Source of the DNA: a virus
Length of the DNA: 64,000 nt
Virus record (IMG/VR): IMGVR_UViG_3300028589_000001
Reading direction: 5' to 3' (one strand)
The position numbers were made by a program, and so were the translations under genes. The notes below the pieces were generated by a model. That model had not been told where the DNA came from. It was given only the letters and a program-made list of their open reading frames with translations, and ran no database searches. Of this stretch, positions 39,901 to 49,675 are shown piece after piece (position 1 is the stretch's first letter; every line of letters begins with the position of its first letter).

Positions 39901-42900
39901 CGCCGTGCTGGGTCGGGTTGGTACCCGTGAAGCGTTCATTGCCGCACAACTGGGGCAACGTATCGTTCAAGCACTGGGCCTGCGCGCCAATGCCCAAGCA
40001 TCCGAGAGCGAAGTCGCTCGTCTGGAAAGCTCCCTGGGCCAGCGTGCTATCAACGCCATGGTTTCCCTCGGCATTGCCGAGCGTATTCAGGTGCCTGACA
40101 CTCAGCTGCAACCGCTGATGAAGACCGGCGCCACCCCTGATGCCAAACTGCAACACACCTTTATCCGTGTGAAGGCGGAGCAGGTTGACGGTAAGTGGGT
40201 TGCTGTACGCCCTGTCCAACTCGTGCGTGAGGCCTCTACTGGCTCGCAGTCTGTGCTGTCCAAGCTGTTTGGTACCGAAGAGTCCGGCGTAGAGCCGAGC
40301 TACACCCCGGTACCGTTCACGCAGCAGACTGCCAAACGGACAAACCAAGATGTACCTAAAGTACTGGCTTCGATCCTGGAAAAAGAAGGCAAAAAGGCAC
40401 ATGTAGTCCGTCAGGACATGTACCAGCTGTGGGGCAACCTGTCCCAGCAAGCCCTCTACGAAATCGCTGGTGTTGTCGATAGCACCGACACGCCAACCCA
40501 CGTTGAGAACCGTGCTTCCCGTGAGGCCAAGAATGATGGCCTGAAGGCGCAGGTAGACAACTTCAGCGTGTTCGTAACCAAGATGGTCAACGACCCAAGC
40601 ACTAATGGCCTGGAACAAGAACTGTTCTTCGGTCGCTCGGTGTGGAAGCCCCAGCGTGTAGGCCTGACCGCCAACGTGATCAACCCGCAGACCTCCAAGG
40701 TCCACCGGCACATGATCAAGATGGCTGGCTGGAACGCTACCATCGACATGACCGACAAAGCCCAGCTGGACAACTTCAAGCTGCGCGTGATCGAGGCATT
40801 CGATGAGAAGACCGAGTCCAAGGCTACTGATCTGGTACTGCAAGGCTACGACCAACTGGTCAACCGCCCGGGTGTGCAAGACGCTGTAACTGCGCTGGCT
40901 GAAATCCTGCGTGGTGAAGCCAATGACACACTGGCCAATGAACAGAAGATCCTGGCCGGCGTGCGTGCCACCGGTAACAACTTCCACGGTCTTGACGCAC
41001 TGGTAGCGCTGGCACACCAGCACAACGCCGTGCGCAACGGCGCAACTACCTTCGACACCGAACTGATGGGTGAAGTAGACGGTCTTACCAACGGCCCGAT
41101 GCTTTCGTTGCTGATGCTGGGTGCCAAAGGCTGGGACACCCTGAACCAAGGTGGTTTCTTCTCCCTGGAGCAGGAATTCACCCAGTTCAACGATTACAAG
41201 GGCCTGGGCAACCTGGACCTCTATGAAGGCACCATTGCCGAGACCCTGAAGCGCCTGGGCAGCTCGCAGGTACAGCTGATGGATGCACTGCAGCTGATCA
41301 CTGGCAAACTGCAGAATGACGACGGCCGTGTGACCTCTAAAGGCCGTAAGATCATCAAGCAGCCACTGACCGCCATGATGTTCGGTTCGAACACCAAGAC
41401 CGCGGTACAAGGCATGGCTGATGGTTTCATCGAGACTATCTACAGCTCGATGGAAGACTACGCTGGCAACCGTGACGAAGCCGGCATGAAACAGCTGCTG
41501 GGTGCTGTAAATACCCTGATGCGCAACAAGGCGCCGAAACTGAACGTGAACCTGGGTTACGACCTGGCACTGAACACCAAACTGACCGAGCAACAGAAGC
41601 GTGCCATCAAAGACACCTTCTATGATCTGATCGGCAAGCCGACCGAAGATGCGCTGGGTGATACCTACGCTACCTTCCTGGCGCGCCGTGACACCATTAA
41701 CCAGACTGCTCAACTGGCTTGGAGCCTGTACGACGCTGCTGAACGTGCTGTGACTGCCTATGTCATGGACAACAGCCCCGACGTACCGCGCCGTAAGCAA
41801 GACGGCGAAATGCGCCCACTGCGTGCACTGACCAAGGCCCAGCAGGCTGAAGTCAAGCGCATCCTGGGTGACATGGAACCTGTGCTGCAAACTGCACTGT
41901 CCAAGGCTAGCAATCAGCCGTCGGCCGGCATGCACATGTCGAAGTCGGTGCGCTCGCTGGATTCCAGCCAGCCATACCAGTCCGACATTACCTTCGGCGT
42001 GCCGGTGCCGACCTTTGACCTGTCTGGCAAGCCAGTACAAGTACGCCTGCGCAACGGTGAGTACCAGTTCCCCGGTTCGACCAAGAACAGCGGCCTGCGC
42101 CGTCAGAACGTCGACCCTGGTGTAATGCCGTTCATTACCAGCATCCACAGCTCCGACTCGATGATCGCCTCGTCGGTCTACGGCAAGATGGAGGCGTTGA
42201 ACGTGCACGACGCCCTGGGCGTGGACCTGAATGACGTTGCTACTGTTGGCCAGAACCTGAACCAGGCCACCTACCAGACCATGCTGGATTACAGCGCCCC
42301 GACCGCCATGGCCGAGATGTTGGACCACGTACTGCTAGGTATGGGCCGTCTGATGGCTGACCCTGAACTGGCTGCGCGCATTCAGCCACTGCTGGCCGAA
42401 GTCATGGCCCAGCGCGGCGACAAGAAGCGCGGCAACTTCACCGAGCAGCTGCTGTCGATCCGTCATGTGGCTGAACAGGCAGATACCGACAAGCTTAACT
42501 ACCTGGCTTCCATGCGGGCCGTTGGCCAGTACGCTACCGAAGGTGGTTCGTACATCGTGACCGACGCTGACCGCGCCGCTGCACGTGATGCCCTGGCCAA
42601 GGTTGGTTCGACGCTGTCCGAAGATGCTGTGTTGATCGCCGAGTCGCTGGACGAAGCCGCCAAGGCTGCACCTGCCGACCTACAACCGAGCACCTTCAAG
42701 CAGCTGTCGTCGCAGTCGGTGACCACTTTGCAGCCAGCCACCAGCTTGAATGCCTTGGACAAAGCCAAGGTGGAAAATCCTGCGGTGCGTGCTGCGCTGG
42801 AGCAGAACAAAACCCTACACGAAGCGCTGGGTACCGTGCCTGCTGCTGAAGCTGCCGATATCATCGAAGCTGTGAACAACGTCACCGCTACCGCCAACGT

Positions 42901-45900
42901 GTGGGGTGAGTTGGGCCGTCCAGTCGTTGATAGCGACCAGAACCTGGTAGACCTGCTGGCCGGTACCGAAATGACTGCTGGGCAGCTGGCCCAGGCTGTT
43001 GGCGAGTACGCACAGGACCCGTTCACCAAGAAGGTACTGGCCATGGCTTCGCGCTCGCTGCGTAACATGCCAGTGGTTTACGTGACCCCAACTACCCCGG
43101 TTGACGGTGTGCTGGGCGCTGGCGTGGACAAGTCCCGTGGCTGGTACGCCCAACAGGGCAATCGTGAAGCCATCTACGTGAAGTCCCCTGACTTTGTTGA
43201 GTCGGGTATCACTACTGAGATGCTGACCCACGAACTGGTACACGCTGCACTGGCCCAGCTGGTTGAGCAACATACTGGCACCAACACTCAGGTTGGTCGT
43301 GAAGTAGCGCGCCTGGAAGAACTGCGCACTAAGGCTGCTGAGTTCATCGGCAACAACGGTCCGCTGTCGGCCAAGTACGCCAATGCCACGGGCAATGTCC
43401 ATGAGTTGCTGGCTTGGGGCCTGACCAACCAAGACTTCCAAAGGGAAGTGTTGGCTGCCATCACCTTACCTGCGCGTGCCAAAGGCATGCTGTCGGGCCT
43501 GCGTGACTTCATCCAGTCGCTGACCGCCATGCTGTTTGGTGGCCGCGTGAACGAAGCGTCGGCTATGGGTCAGCTGGTTGCCAGCGGTGCGTACTTGTTC
43601 AAGGCTGCTGCTGAGACCAAGACCACCCGTGACAACCTGACCCTGCGCTACGAAGACGCGGTAAACCATGTCAACGCTATGACTGCGGCCCAGGTGTTCG
43701 ATGGATTGGCTGCCCTGTCTAAGCGCCAATCGCCGGCCGCTCACCAAGAGTTCATGCGCAGCATCATGGCTGACCTGGTCGAGCCACTGTACGGCCCATA
43801 CGGCGCATTCAAGGCGGACGCTGCGGCCAACAAAGCCAGCACCCCAATGGATGTGTACCTCAAGGCACTGGACACCGGTAAGCGTCCGTTTGGTAGCCAG
43901 GCCTTGACCCACGAATTCGTACTGAACGCCCAAGAGGCCTATGTACTGGAATCGGTGGAAGCCTCGGTACTGCACGCCATGGAAAACCCGGCCACCCTGT
44001 TCGTCCGTGATGCCCTGGGCAAGCTGTACGCCCAAGCCCGCGCCGAACTGAAGCCGCGTAACTTCCACAACGGTGACTGGAACACTGCGACGGATGCCGA
44101 GCAAAAGCTGGCTGAAGCCAAGTACGAATTCCTGTTCAAGGCGCGTCAAAACGCCGGTGGCAAGAATGAGTACCTGGCTCGCTTCGCTGCACTGGGCCTG
44201 GCTTCGAACGAAGTCAACAACGTGCTGAACTTCGCCACACCAGACGCCACTGTGCCGCTGAAGACCCTGTCGTGGGGTGGCGCAATCATGGAACTGTTCC
44301 GCCGAGCCATGACTGTACTGGCTTCGCTGCACACCAAGGTGCGTGCCGGTGACATGGCCAACACTGCGCTGGCCACCCTGCTAGATCAGCTGGTGGATAT
44401 TGAAGCCAAGCGCAAAGACCGCCTGGCCAAGCAGAAGGTCAATGGTCTGGATTCTGTGGAGATTGCACTGGGCGCCGTAGGCACCCGCGCACGCGAGACT
44501 ATCGATGCCCTGGGTCAGTCCAACTTCTTCCGACAGTCGTCTTCGCCTCTGGTGAAGTTCGTGGGCGTGGCTGCGTCGACCCTGGCCGCTGACCGTGTGA
44601 CCCAGGTCCTGGACCACATGACCAAGGTGCGTGACGCTGCGCTGAAGTCGAAGCACGGCACCATCATGGGTATCGTCAGCGAGATGCGCGGCTCCCATGA
44701 CGGCAACATCGTGGCCACTGCTCTCTTCAAGGAAGCCAAGAAGAACGAGCAGGAGCGTAAGCACCACATTGAGTACACCGTTGCCCAAGTCAACGAAGCA
44801 TTCGCTGATGGCGGCGCCAACCTGGAGCCACAACATCGTGCTGCGCTTACTCGTGTATTCCTGCGTACCAACGCTGCTGCCATTGCTGATGTACTGGGTA
44901 CTGCTGGCCTGAAAGAGTTGATGGAAGACCCGGCCAAGATGGCAGCACACCGCCGTGACTTGGAAGCTCAGGTAATCGCCGCGGAGCCTGAAGCGCTGTA
45001 CATGATCAGCCAGACCAAGGACCTGGCCCATCACAAAGTTGTAGGTGGTTCGACCAGCTCTAAGCTGATGCTGAACACGCTGAACATTGCCAACTTGACT
45101 GGTACTGCCAAAGTAGGCCAAGCCCAGCAAGCGGCGGTTGTTAAGCCGCTTTTAGACCAGCTTCTCGCAGTCTACGCACTGGAATACACCGGTACTGCTG
45201 ACAAGAAGCTGGCCATGGAAGTGTTCCGCACCGAATCGAATCGTGGTGCGCAGAACGGGGTAGATTTCATCCTCAAGCTGCATTCTGGCTTGCAGAAGAA
45301 GTCCGGGGAGCTGCTGTTCAAGGGTCAAGAGACTATGCAGGCATCTGCGTATGTCCCTGAGATTACTGACACCAATATCGAAGTGATGCTGGTGGACAAG
45401 GCTGACCTGGGCAAGTACGAGCGCGCTGGCTACGTCCTGGGCACCAACCTGCAGCATGACCCGGCGTCTGGTGTACGTGACAACCGTGTCCTGGTCACTC
45501 GCCGCGGTTCGGGGCAAGCTGGTCTGTTGACCGGTGCGATGAGCTACACCGGTATGGGCCGCAAGGGTTCGAGCCCGTCTACTGAAGCGCTGAACGTGCT
45601 GCAAGGCACTCAGGTTACTTCGGCTGCCCATAAGGCGCAGATCAACGCTGCCAAAGCGGCTGTTGAGCATGAACTGTTTGCACGCTCCCTGGCTTACGAT
45701 CCTCGCAAAGCCAAGCGCGGTAATATGGTTCCAGTGCTGGCACCTAACGGCCAAATCGCTGACTGGCGCTACATGATGTCCGAAACCAGCCGCGATGCGC
45801 TGCTGGACCGTGACAACAGTGTTGAACAGGTCTTGGGTGTGCTGTCGGGTCAGATCGTGGACAAAGTGTCCTCGGCTGCACAGAACGCTGACGTTGTCCG

Positions 45901-47116
45901 CTCTCTGCGCGACCAGTACGACGCTGACTTCAAGAACCGTCCGGCCAGCTACTTGGTAGTGGGTAAAGACAGCACCGATCCAGAACTGCGTGAGCTTTAC
46001 ACCCTGTTGCCTGAATCCACCAAGCGTGAAATCAAGCGCGTGTGGAAAGACGACAACATGCGTATCCCAGCCGACCAGTTGAACCTGATCATGGGCTATC
46101 GCAAGTACAGCCTCACTCAACCGTTTACTGCGCTGCCGGGTGACCGTAACTTTGCAGAGAAACTGTTTGTGCAGGTTGCTGAGCACTTCCTGGGTGATAA
46201 AGCCGCACTGCGTATCGGCAAGGCCGAAGACGTGATGCAAGAGCTGGTAAAAGAGACCAAGGACATTCTGGTGGTGAAGAACATCGTTACCCTGGTGGGC
46301 AACATGATTTCCAACCTTACTCTGTTGGCTTGGGAAGGTGTACCGGTGCGCAAGGCTATCGCCGCACACGCAATCGGCCTGAAGGCTGCCGTGGACTACC
46401 GCCGCGACAACAAACGCCTGCTGCAACTACAACAGGCTGTAGAAATTGGTTATGCCGACTCCAGCGTGGCTGAAGGCGAGATTGTTGAGCTGCGTGACCG
46501 TCTGGCGCGTAACCCGCTGAAACCACTCATTGATGCTGGCTTGATGCCGACCATCGTTGAGGACGTTGAAGCTGACGACTCGCAGTACAGCTACAAGTCG
46601 CGACTGCAAACCAAGGTGCAGAAGTACACCAATAAGGTGCCTGCTTGGATGCGTGAAGTCGGTAAACAGGTCTACATGACCCACGATACCGGCATCTACA
46701 AGTTCCTCAGCCAGGCTACCCAGCTGTCTGACCTTGTAGCGCGATATGCCATGTACGAACACACCATGACCCGTGCTCGCGACCCGCTGAGTCAGGCTGA
46801 TGCGTTGAAACAGGCTGAAGAGTCCTTTGTGAACTACGACCTGCCGTCGCACCGGAACATCCAGTTCCTGAACGACATGGGCTTGGTTATGTTCACCAAG
46901 TACTACATGCGTATCCAGAAGACCATCATGCGCTTGGTTCGTGAGAAGCCTGCACGTGGTTTGGCTCTGGTTGCAGCTAACCATGCTTGGTCTGGCTTGG
47001 ACTCCATTACTGATTCGTACTGGATGAACAAGCTGGGTAATAACCCACTGCAGGATGGTGCGTTGGGCTACTTCGGTGCTCTGGACGAACTGCCGGCCTT
47101 TAGCCTGCTGAAGTGA
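36995..47116 (+). CDS. virion-encapsidated RNA polymerase (giant vRNAP, 3373 aa)
   Basis: Size and position are diagnostic for N4-like phages; KIIKQPLTAMMFGSN resembles T7 motif B (KRSVMTLAYGS) and ALNVHDALGV resembles motif C (HDSFG). Confidence 0.9.
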   Translation: MANEFDLTSFLNSQADVEAGVTPAFDPIDYTPRAGLDMIGSQKVLDLDLANQRATRNVENALVDKLGLEADSALGTVVNDGASLFSGLTRVAGNLATLPIDAITQIGQATVPDDVISAYTRRMTGEDIQEGDDALLDAIAPGTEEGGVPQTYFQRMQGLQGLRDVSKNIADTFDFSSIVNTDRRDELSDDIRESTAAGVANIREGYESGDLLQTGKGVAQTIGNALVSGVTNPGAVAEYAAENLPQLAAVAANPALGVATNAGYGFNELREGYTDYAAEHKGALPPAADRNKMALFAASAVLAEQVGDMSMLRGFTKAAKTSGVGSAAKGVAGAMTKEGITEGYQTFAEGQAHLEDRSLEEIVEAATIGAMVGGTYHGAMELANTGRAQMEASEQRVATEAAFTTAVESGDVTALSDMESPTYDPVRAVQALQETIKGGDEVAVQEAVAKSDEIQQDLAKEVSQLEVMLQTFEPEAVADVAARREALVANQGDEAEIARYDAFLERAAEFTPETIQGMQEYHAELSQKLVDVRAAAEQFQVAASPEADEVAAIAQQASAGDTNQADRLLTLTMINPNSVDTAVASTLAESESLSPEQRTAFKAFQAAQVAADNLQTIEGVRSDITTGGDGFKGVPQYRNAIRMALAQGNEAAARSQLEGISKFAASRQSKAAAITAAYEQVKGTGNSVYLAPDAKGQWAPVPAQVDGGIVVDGRSFKLRDAVSSEAEYLARVADAFTALVNAAPSYKPAQATAAVVQAPTVVQEAPQAGVAPVVEAQPQSGQVNVEQVAPVVEPVAEPVVETGELTAIRNKPQEEVTADNYRQLNLVGALFEQNPGKDTDASQKPLVKVADFAAKVKTDPSVVYEYLDQRKELSQPQKTAVARFFKFNTWADSKIREQFKVKNQDFRFVDLAQYLVNDDGSLDENVVTATSYSMFTWANESATQVTNTDESINAILMRDLDEDISNTEYAVLGRVGTREAFIAAQLGQRIVQALGLRANAQASESEVARLESSLGQRAINAMVSLGIAERIQVPDTQLQPLMKTGATPDAKLQHTFIRVKAEQVDGKWVAVRPVQLVREASTGSQSVLSKLFGTEESGVEPSYTPVPFTQQTAKRTNQDVPKVLASILEKEGKKAHVVRQDMYQLWGNLSQQALYEIAGVVDSTDTPTHVENRASREAKNDGLKAQVDNFSVFVTKMVNDPSTNGLEQELFFGRSVWKPQRVGLTANVINPQTSKVHRHMIKMAGWNATIDMTDKAQLDNFKLRVIEAFDEKTESKATDLVLQGYDQLVNRPGVQDAVTALAEILRGEANDTLANEQKILAGVRATGNNFHGLDALVALAHQHNAVRNGATTFDTELMGEVDGLTNGPMLSLLMLGAKGWDTLNQGGFFSLEQEFTQFNDYKGLGNLDLYEGTIAETLKRLGSSQVQLMDALQLITGKLQNDDGRVTSKGRKIIKQPLTAMMFGSNTKTAVQGMADGFIETIYSSMEDYAGNRDEAGMKQLLGAVNTLMRNKAPKLNVNLGYDLALNTKLTEQQKRAIKDTFYDLIGKPTEDALGDTYATFLARRDTINQTAQLAWSLYDAAERAVTAYVMDNSPDVPRRKQDGEMRPLRALTKAQQAEVKRILGDMEPVLQTALSKASNQPSAGMHMSKSVRSLDSSQPYQSDITFGVPVPTFDLSGKPVQVRLRNGEYQFPGSTKNSGLRRQNVDPGVMPFITSIHSSDSMIASSVYGKMEALNVHDALGVDLNDVATVGQNLNQATYQTMLDYSAPTAMAEMLDHVLLGMGRLMADPELAARIQPLLAEVMAQRGDKKRGNFTEQLLSIRHVAEQADTDKLNYLASMRAVGQYATEGGSYIVTDADRAAARDALAKVGSTLSEDAVLIAESLDEAAKAAPADLQPSTFKQLSSQSVTTLQPATSLNALDKAKVENPAVRAALEQNKTLHEALGTVPAAEAADIIEAVNNVTATANVWGELGRPVVDSDQNLVDLLAGTEMTAGQLAQAVGEYAQDPFTKKVLAMASRSLRNMPVVYVTPTTPVDGVLGAGVDKSRGWYAQQGNREAIYVKSPDFVESGITTEMLTHELVHAALAQLVEQHTGTNTQVGREVARLEELRTKAAEFIGNNGPLSAKYANATGNVHELLAWGLTNQDFQREVLAAITLPARAKGMLSGLRDFIQSLTAMLFGGRVNEASAMGQLVASGAYLFKAAAETKTTRDNLTLRYEDAVNHVNAMTAAQVFDGLAALSKRQSPAAHQEFMRSIMADLVEPLYGPYGAFKADAAANKASTPMDVYLKALDTGKRPFGSQALTHEFVLNAQEAYVLESVEASVLHAMENPATLFVRDALGKLYAQARAELKPRNFHNGDWNTATDAEQKLAEAKYEFLFKARQNAGGKNEYLARFAALGLASNEVNNVLNFATPDATVPLKTLSWGGAIMELFRRAMTVLASLHTKVRAGDMANTALATLLDQLVDIEAKRKDRLAKQKVNGLDSVEIALGAVGTRARETIDALGQSNFFRQSSSPLVKFVGVAASTLAADRVTQVLDHMTKVRDAALKSKHGTIMGIVSEMRGSHDGNIVATALFKEAKKNEQERKHHIEYTVAQVNEAFADGGANLEPQHRAALTRVFLRTNAAAIADVLGTAGLKELMEDPAKMAAHRRDLEAQVIAAEPEALYMISQTKDLAHHKVVGGSTSSKLMLNTLNIANLTGTAKVGQAQQAAVVKPLLDQLLAVYALEYTGTADKKLAMEVFRTESNRGAQNGVDFILKLHSGLQKKSGELLFKGQETMQASAYVPEITDTNIEVMLVDKADLGKYERAGYVLGTNLQHDPASGVRDNRVLVTRRGSGQAGLLTGAMSYTGMGRKGSSPSTEALNVLQGTQVTSAAHKAQINAAKAAVEHELFARSLAYDPRKAKRGNMVPVLAPNGQIADWRYMMSETSRDALLDRDNSVEQVLGVLSGQIVDKVSSAAQNADVVRSLRDQYDADFKNRPASYLVVGKDSTDPELRELYTLLPESTKREIKRVWKDDNMRIPADQLNLIMGYRKYSLTQPFTALPGDRNFAEKLFVQVAEHFLGDKAALRIGKAEDVMQELVKETKDILVVKNIVTLVGNMISNLTLLAWEGVPVRKAIAAHAIGLKAAVDYRRDNKRLLQLQQAVEIGYADSSVAEGEIVELRDRLARNPLKPLIDAGLMPTIVEDVEADDSQYSYKSRLQTKVQKYTNKVPAWMREVGKQVYMTHDTGIYKFLSQATQLSDLVARYAMYEHTMTRARDPLSQADALKQAEESFVNYDLPSHRNIQFLNDMGLVMFTKYYMRIQKTIMRLVREKPARGLALVAANHAWSGLDSITDSYWMNKLGNNPLQDGALGYFGALDELPAFSLLK

Positions 47117-47249
47117 GCTAGGAGCGGGGTGGTGGACTCGAACCACCGCCTTAAAGCCTACGAACCGATGTAGGCATAAGGTCTGGCCAAGGGAACGTCT
47201 TCGGGCATATATACCCTAGAGGCCCTTTCCCTGCCCCGCTTGTAACAAG

Positions 47250-47282
47250 TTGAAAGCCCCTAACGGGGCTTTCGGCGTTTCT
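47250..47282. terminator. bidirectional intrinsic terminator between convergent genes
   Basis: gAAAGCCCCtaacGGGGCTTTc hairpin with T-rich flanks on both strands. Confidence 0.55.
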
Positions 47283-47475
47283 GAAGCGGCTGAATGATCA
47301 GTTCTTCAATGCAGAACCACAGGAACACGCCTATCAGGCCAACTACGCCCACTATGGCGATAATCACGCCAATTATTCGCAGTAGGAATCCAAAGGCGAT
47401 AAACATCGCGATTATGGACAGCCCCGCTGCGAAGAAGACGCAGATGCCCAAGAAGGTCTTGAGCAGCGCCCGCAT
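47260..47475 (-). CDS. small membrane protein (2 TM, basic C-terminus; holin-like topology)
   Basis: Two hydrophobic helices and a QKRRKPR tail. Confidence 0.45.
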   Translation of the reverse strand: MRALLKTFLGICVFFAAGLSIIAMFIAFGFLLRIIGVIIAIVGVVGLIGVFLWFCIEELIIQPLQKRRKPR

Positions 47476-47921
47476 TACAGGGTGACGATCGCATAACCGG
47501 CGGCCGCCAGCAGTTCCTTGGCGCGGGCCACGAATACGTGGTCAGCACCTGGTTTGGTGATGATCTTGCCTAGGCTTTCGGCACGCTCTTTGCTGATGGC
47601 GTCTGCCGGGGTCACCGGAGCTTCCGCTTGCACCAGCACATGCACTGCCGGGCATTCGCCGCAGTGGCACGGTGGATATTCAGCACGCAGCGCTTCGGTG
47701 ATCAGTTCCAGCTTGGTGGGTTCACGCTCGTTCGCGTATTCCTCGCCGCATTCCTGATGTTCGTTAGCCCCGACTTCACCTTGCACCCGGTCACCCGGGC
47801 GGGCCAGGTCTACGATACTGGCCAAGATTGCATTGGTGGCCGCGTCGGCGTTGGTCACGTTACGCAGGTTGTTGGCCGCGTGGGCCAGCGTTGCAATCAG
47901 GTTCGCTTTTTCGTTATTCAT
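47475..47921 (-). CDS. hypothetical protein (148 aa)
   Basis: ORF on the operon strand. Confidence 0.5.
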   Translation of the reverse strand: MNNEKANLIATLAHAANNLRNVTNADAATNAILASIVDLARPGDRVQGEVGANEHQECGEEYANEREPTKLELITEALRAEYPPCHCGECPAVHVLVQAEAPVTPADAISKERAESLGKIITKPGADHVFVARAKELLAAAGYAIVTL

Positions 47922-48063
47922 GTAACGTACACTCCTAGTTATTCAGGTCAAATCAACTCTATGGTTTGTGCACCGCCAAGCGCTCAATTATTGGGACCAC
48001 GAGTTGACTTGCCAGAGTAACCAGTAAACTGGGGCACTCCTGCCGACTTACATCTGTTTCCAA

Positions 48064-48390
48064 ACACTTTCATTACACAGATTCACATGCAAATCACACA
48101 GATCCGCTATTAATGTGAAAGAGCAGCTTTCGCAGCGACTTGTATCTCTCTGTTGTACTTCGCAAACCAGTTTCAACTACGGCGAAACCGGTTAACACGC
48201 TTTCGCGCGACATATTGCTTGCTTGATTCTGAAAAGGCTAACGCACTAGGCATTAGTTTCTCAAAGAACACTTTCGTGCAACTCACATCTATTGTGGCCG
48301 TCAGCCGGCCATAGACTTTCGTCATACTTGTTTCATTGCCCCTATTCCTAATCTGTCCCTCTGGCGTCTTCTTGCTTACGACAGAAAGTT
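48064..48390. repeat. cluster of short dispersed repeats (R-CTTTCG-Y)
   Basis: Direct copies at about 48064, 48126, 48199, 48269 and 48314, plus inverted copies GTGAAAG at 48113 and AGAAAGT at 48384. Confidence 0.5.
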
Positions 48391-48549
48391 AACAATACAG
48401 AGGATTAATATTAGGTTTAGGTAATGCAGTTATTCAGGCTGCATTGGACTGGAGACGATCCACCCACTGATTGGGGGTATTGCACTACCCCTTGCAGGCG
48501 ACCGGCCCGTCAAAGCTGGGCGTGTTGACGCACGCTTGTCATCTCCAGT

Positions 48550-48590
48550 CCAATACAACCTTTCGGTGTATTGGGTTTTTAGTTGTTGTC
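48550..48590 (+). terminator. orphan plus-strand intrinsic terminator (possible sRNA 3' end)
   Basis: CCAATACAacctttcggTGTATTGG followed by GTTTTTAGTTGTTG; no plus-strand protein gene nearby. Confidence 0.45.
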
Positions 48591-48832
48591 TCAACTTACT
48601 CGCCGTTGGCTTATAGTCGAACTATTGCGAGTCTCCCGACTACCATGTGGCGTGATCAAAGGCGGTGATTAGATCGTTATCCCTGACGGGGTCTCAGTGC
48701 ACGCTTCGAGCGTCCACGTGCTAATGGCCGTTGGGTATTTCCCTTTCACATGGTTTCCAGGTTTTTATGTACCTGGCGGACATACGCCCTTTAAGTGCAG
48801 GCGGTGAACTTCCCCTGTATCCGGGGACAGGA

Positions 48833-49675
48833 TTACTTCAACGGCAGCAGCGTATTCGCGCCACCGTCAGTGACCAGTGTGGTCGGCACATCACCCTTCC
48901 AGGTTTCGACCTTCTTCAGTTCGATGTACTGGGGGTTGCGGCGCATGGCTTCACCGATGGTTTCGATGGCCTGGGCCTGGCCTTCAGCACGCAGGATAGC
49001 GGCGGCTTTGTCACCTTCAGCTTCAGCACGTTGCTTGGCTGCGATGGCTACGGCCTGCGCTTCTTCGTTCTTCAGACGGTCGGTGATCTGGTTGGCTTCC
49101 ACCTTCTTGTTCAGCTGTTCGCGTACCGTATCCGGCAGCTCCAGCGAATCCAGCAGGTAGAGGTTGGTCAGGATCAGGCCGTGCTCGGCAAAGTGGGCAT
49201 GTACACGCTCGCGCACCCGCGTCAGGAATTCTTCCTGGCCGGCGCCGTAGATCGCGTCCACTTTCACTTTACTGGCTTCATTGGCGAAGGCCGTCTTCAG
49301 CACTTGGACCATGTTGGTTTCGATGATGCCGTCCAAGTCCTTGCGGTACTTGAGGAACAGCTTCGGTGCTGCGTCTTGCTCCGCGTAGGCCGTCACACCG
49401 ATGGTGGCGGTCAGGCGGGCGCCGTCGGCGTCACTGAACGAAACCTTGCCCAGGTCTTTATTCTGGTCGAAGGTCTTGAAGGTGTACAGGTTCTCGGTGA
49501 ACCCGACGATATTCCAGCCCGATTTGGCCGGCTTCATCTGGACGCCCTTGTCGCTACCTACGGTAGAAACCAGTACGCCAACCTCACCTGGCGACACTTT
49601 CTGTGGCATGCAGCCGGTTGCAGCGATGCACGCGAGGCCGACGGCCAGTGCACCAAGAATGTTACGAACGCGCAT
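48833..49675 (-). CDS. SPFH/band-7 (HflC/HflK/stomatin-like) lipoprotein
   Basis: N-terminal signal with a lipobox-like ...IAATGC; HflK/C-like core and Ala/Glu-rich coiled-coil AIAAKQRAEAEGDKAAAILRAEGQAQAIE. Confidence 0.75.
   Translation of the reverse strand: MRVRNILGALAVGLACIAATGCMPQKVSPGEVGVLVSTVGSDKGVQMKPAKSGWNIVGFTENLYTFKTFDQNKDLGKVSFSDADGARLTATIGVTAYAEQDAAPKLFLKYRKDLDGIIETNMVQVLKTAFANEASKVKVDAIYGAGQEEFLTRVRERVHAHFAEHGLILTNLYLLDSLELPDTVREQLNKKVEANQITDRLKNEEAQAVAIAAKQRAEAEGDKAAAILRAEGQAQAIETIGEAMRRNPQYIELKKVETWKGDVPTTLVTDGGANTLLPLK

Noticed and set aside
38567-42328. 1253-aa minus-strand ORF
   Set aside because: Lies wholly antisense inside the 3373-aa vRNAP gene, which has motif support. 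Long antisense ORFs of this kind are expected in GC-rich coding DNA.
47119-47245. Intact tRNA on the minus strand after the vRNAP gene
   Set aside because: The T-arm and an acceptor-like pairing exist, but the span is about 118 nt and no canonical D or anticodon arms fit. Reported as a tRNA-like element, not a gene.
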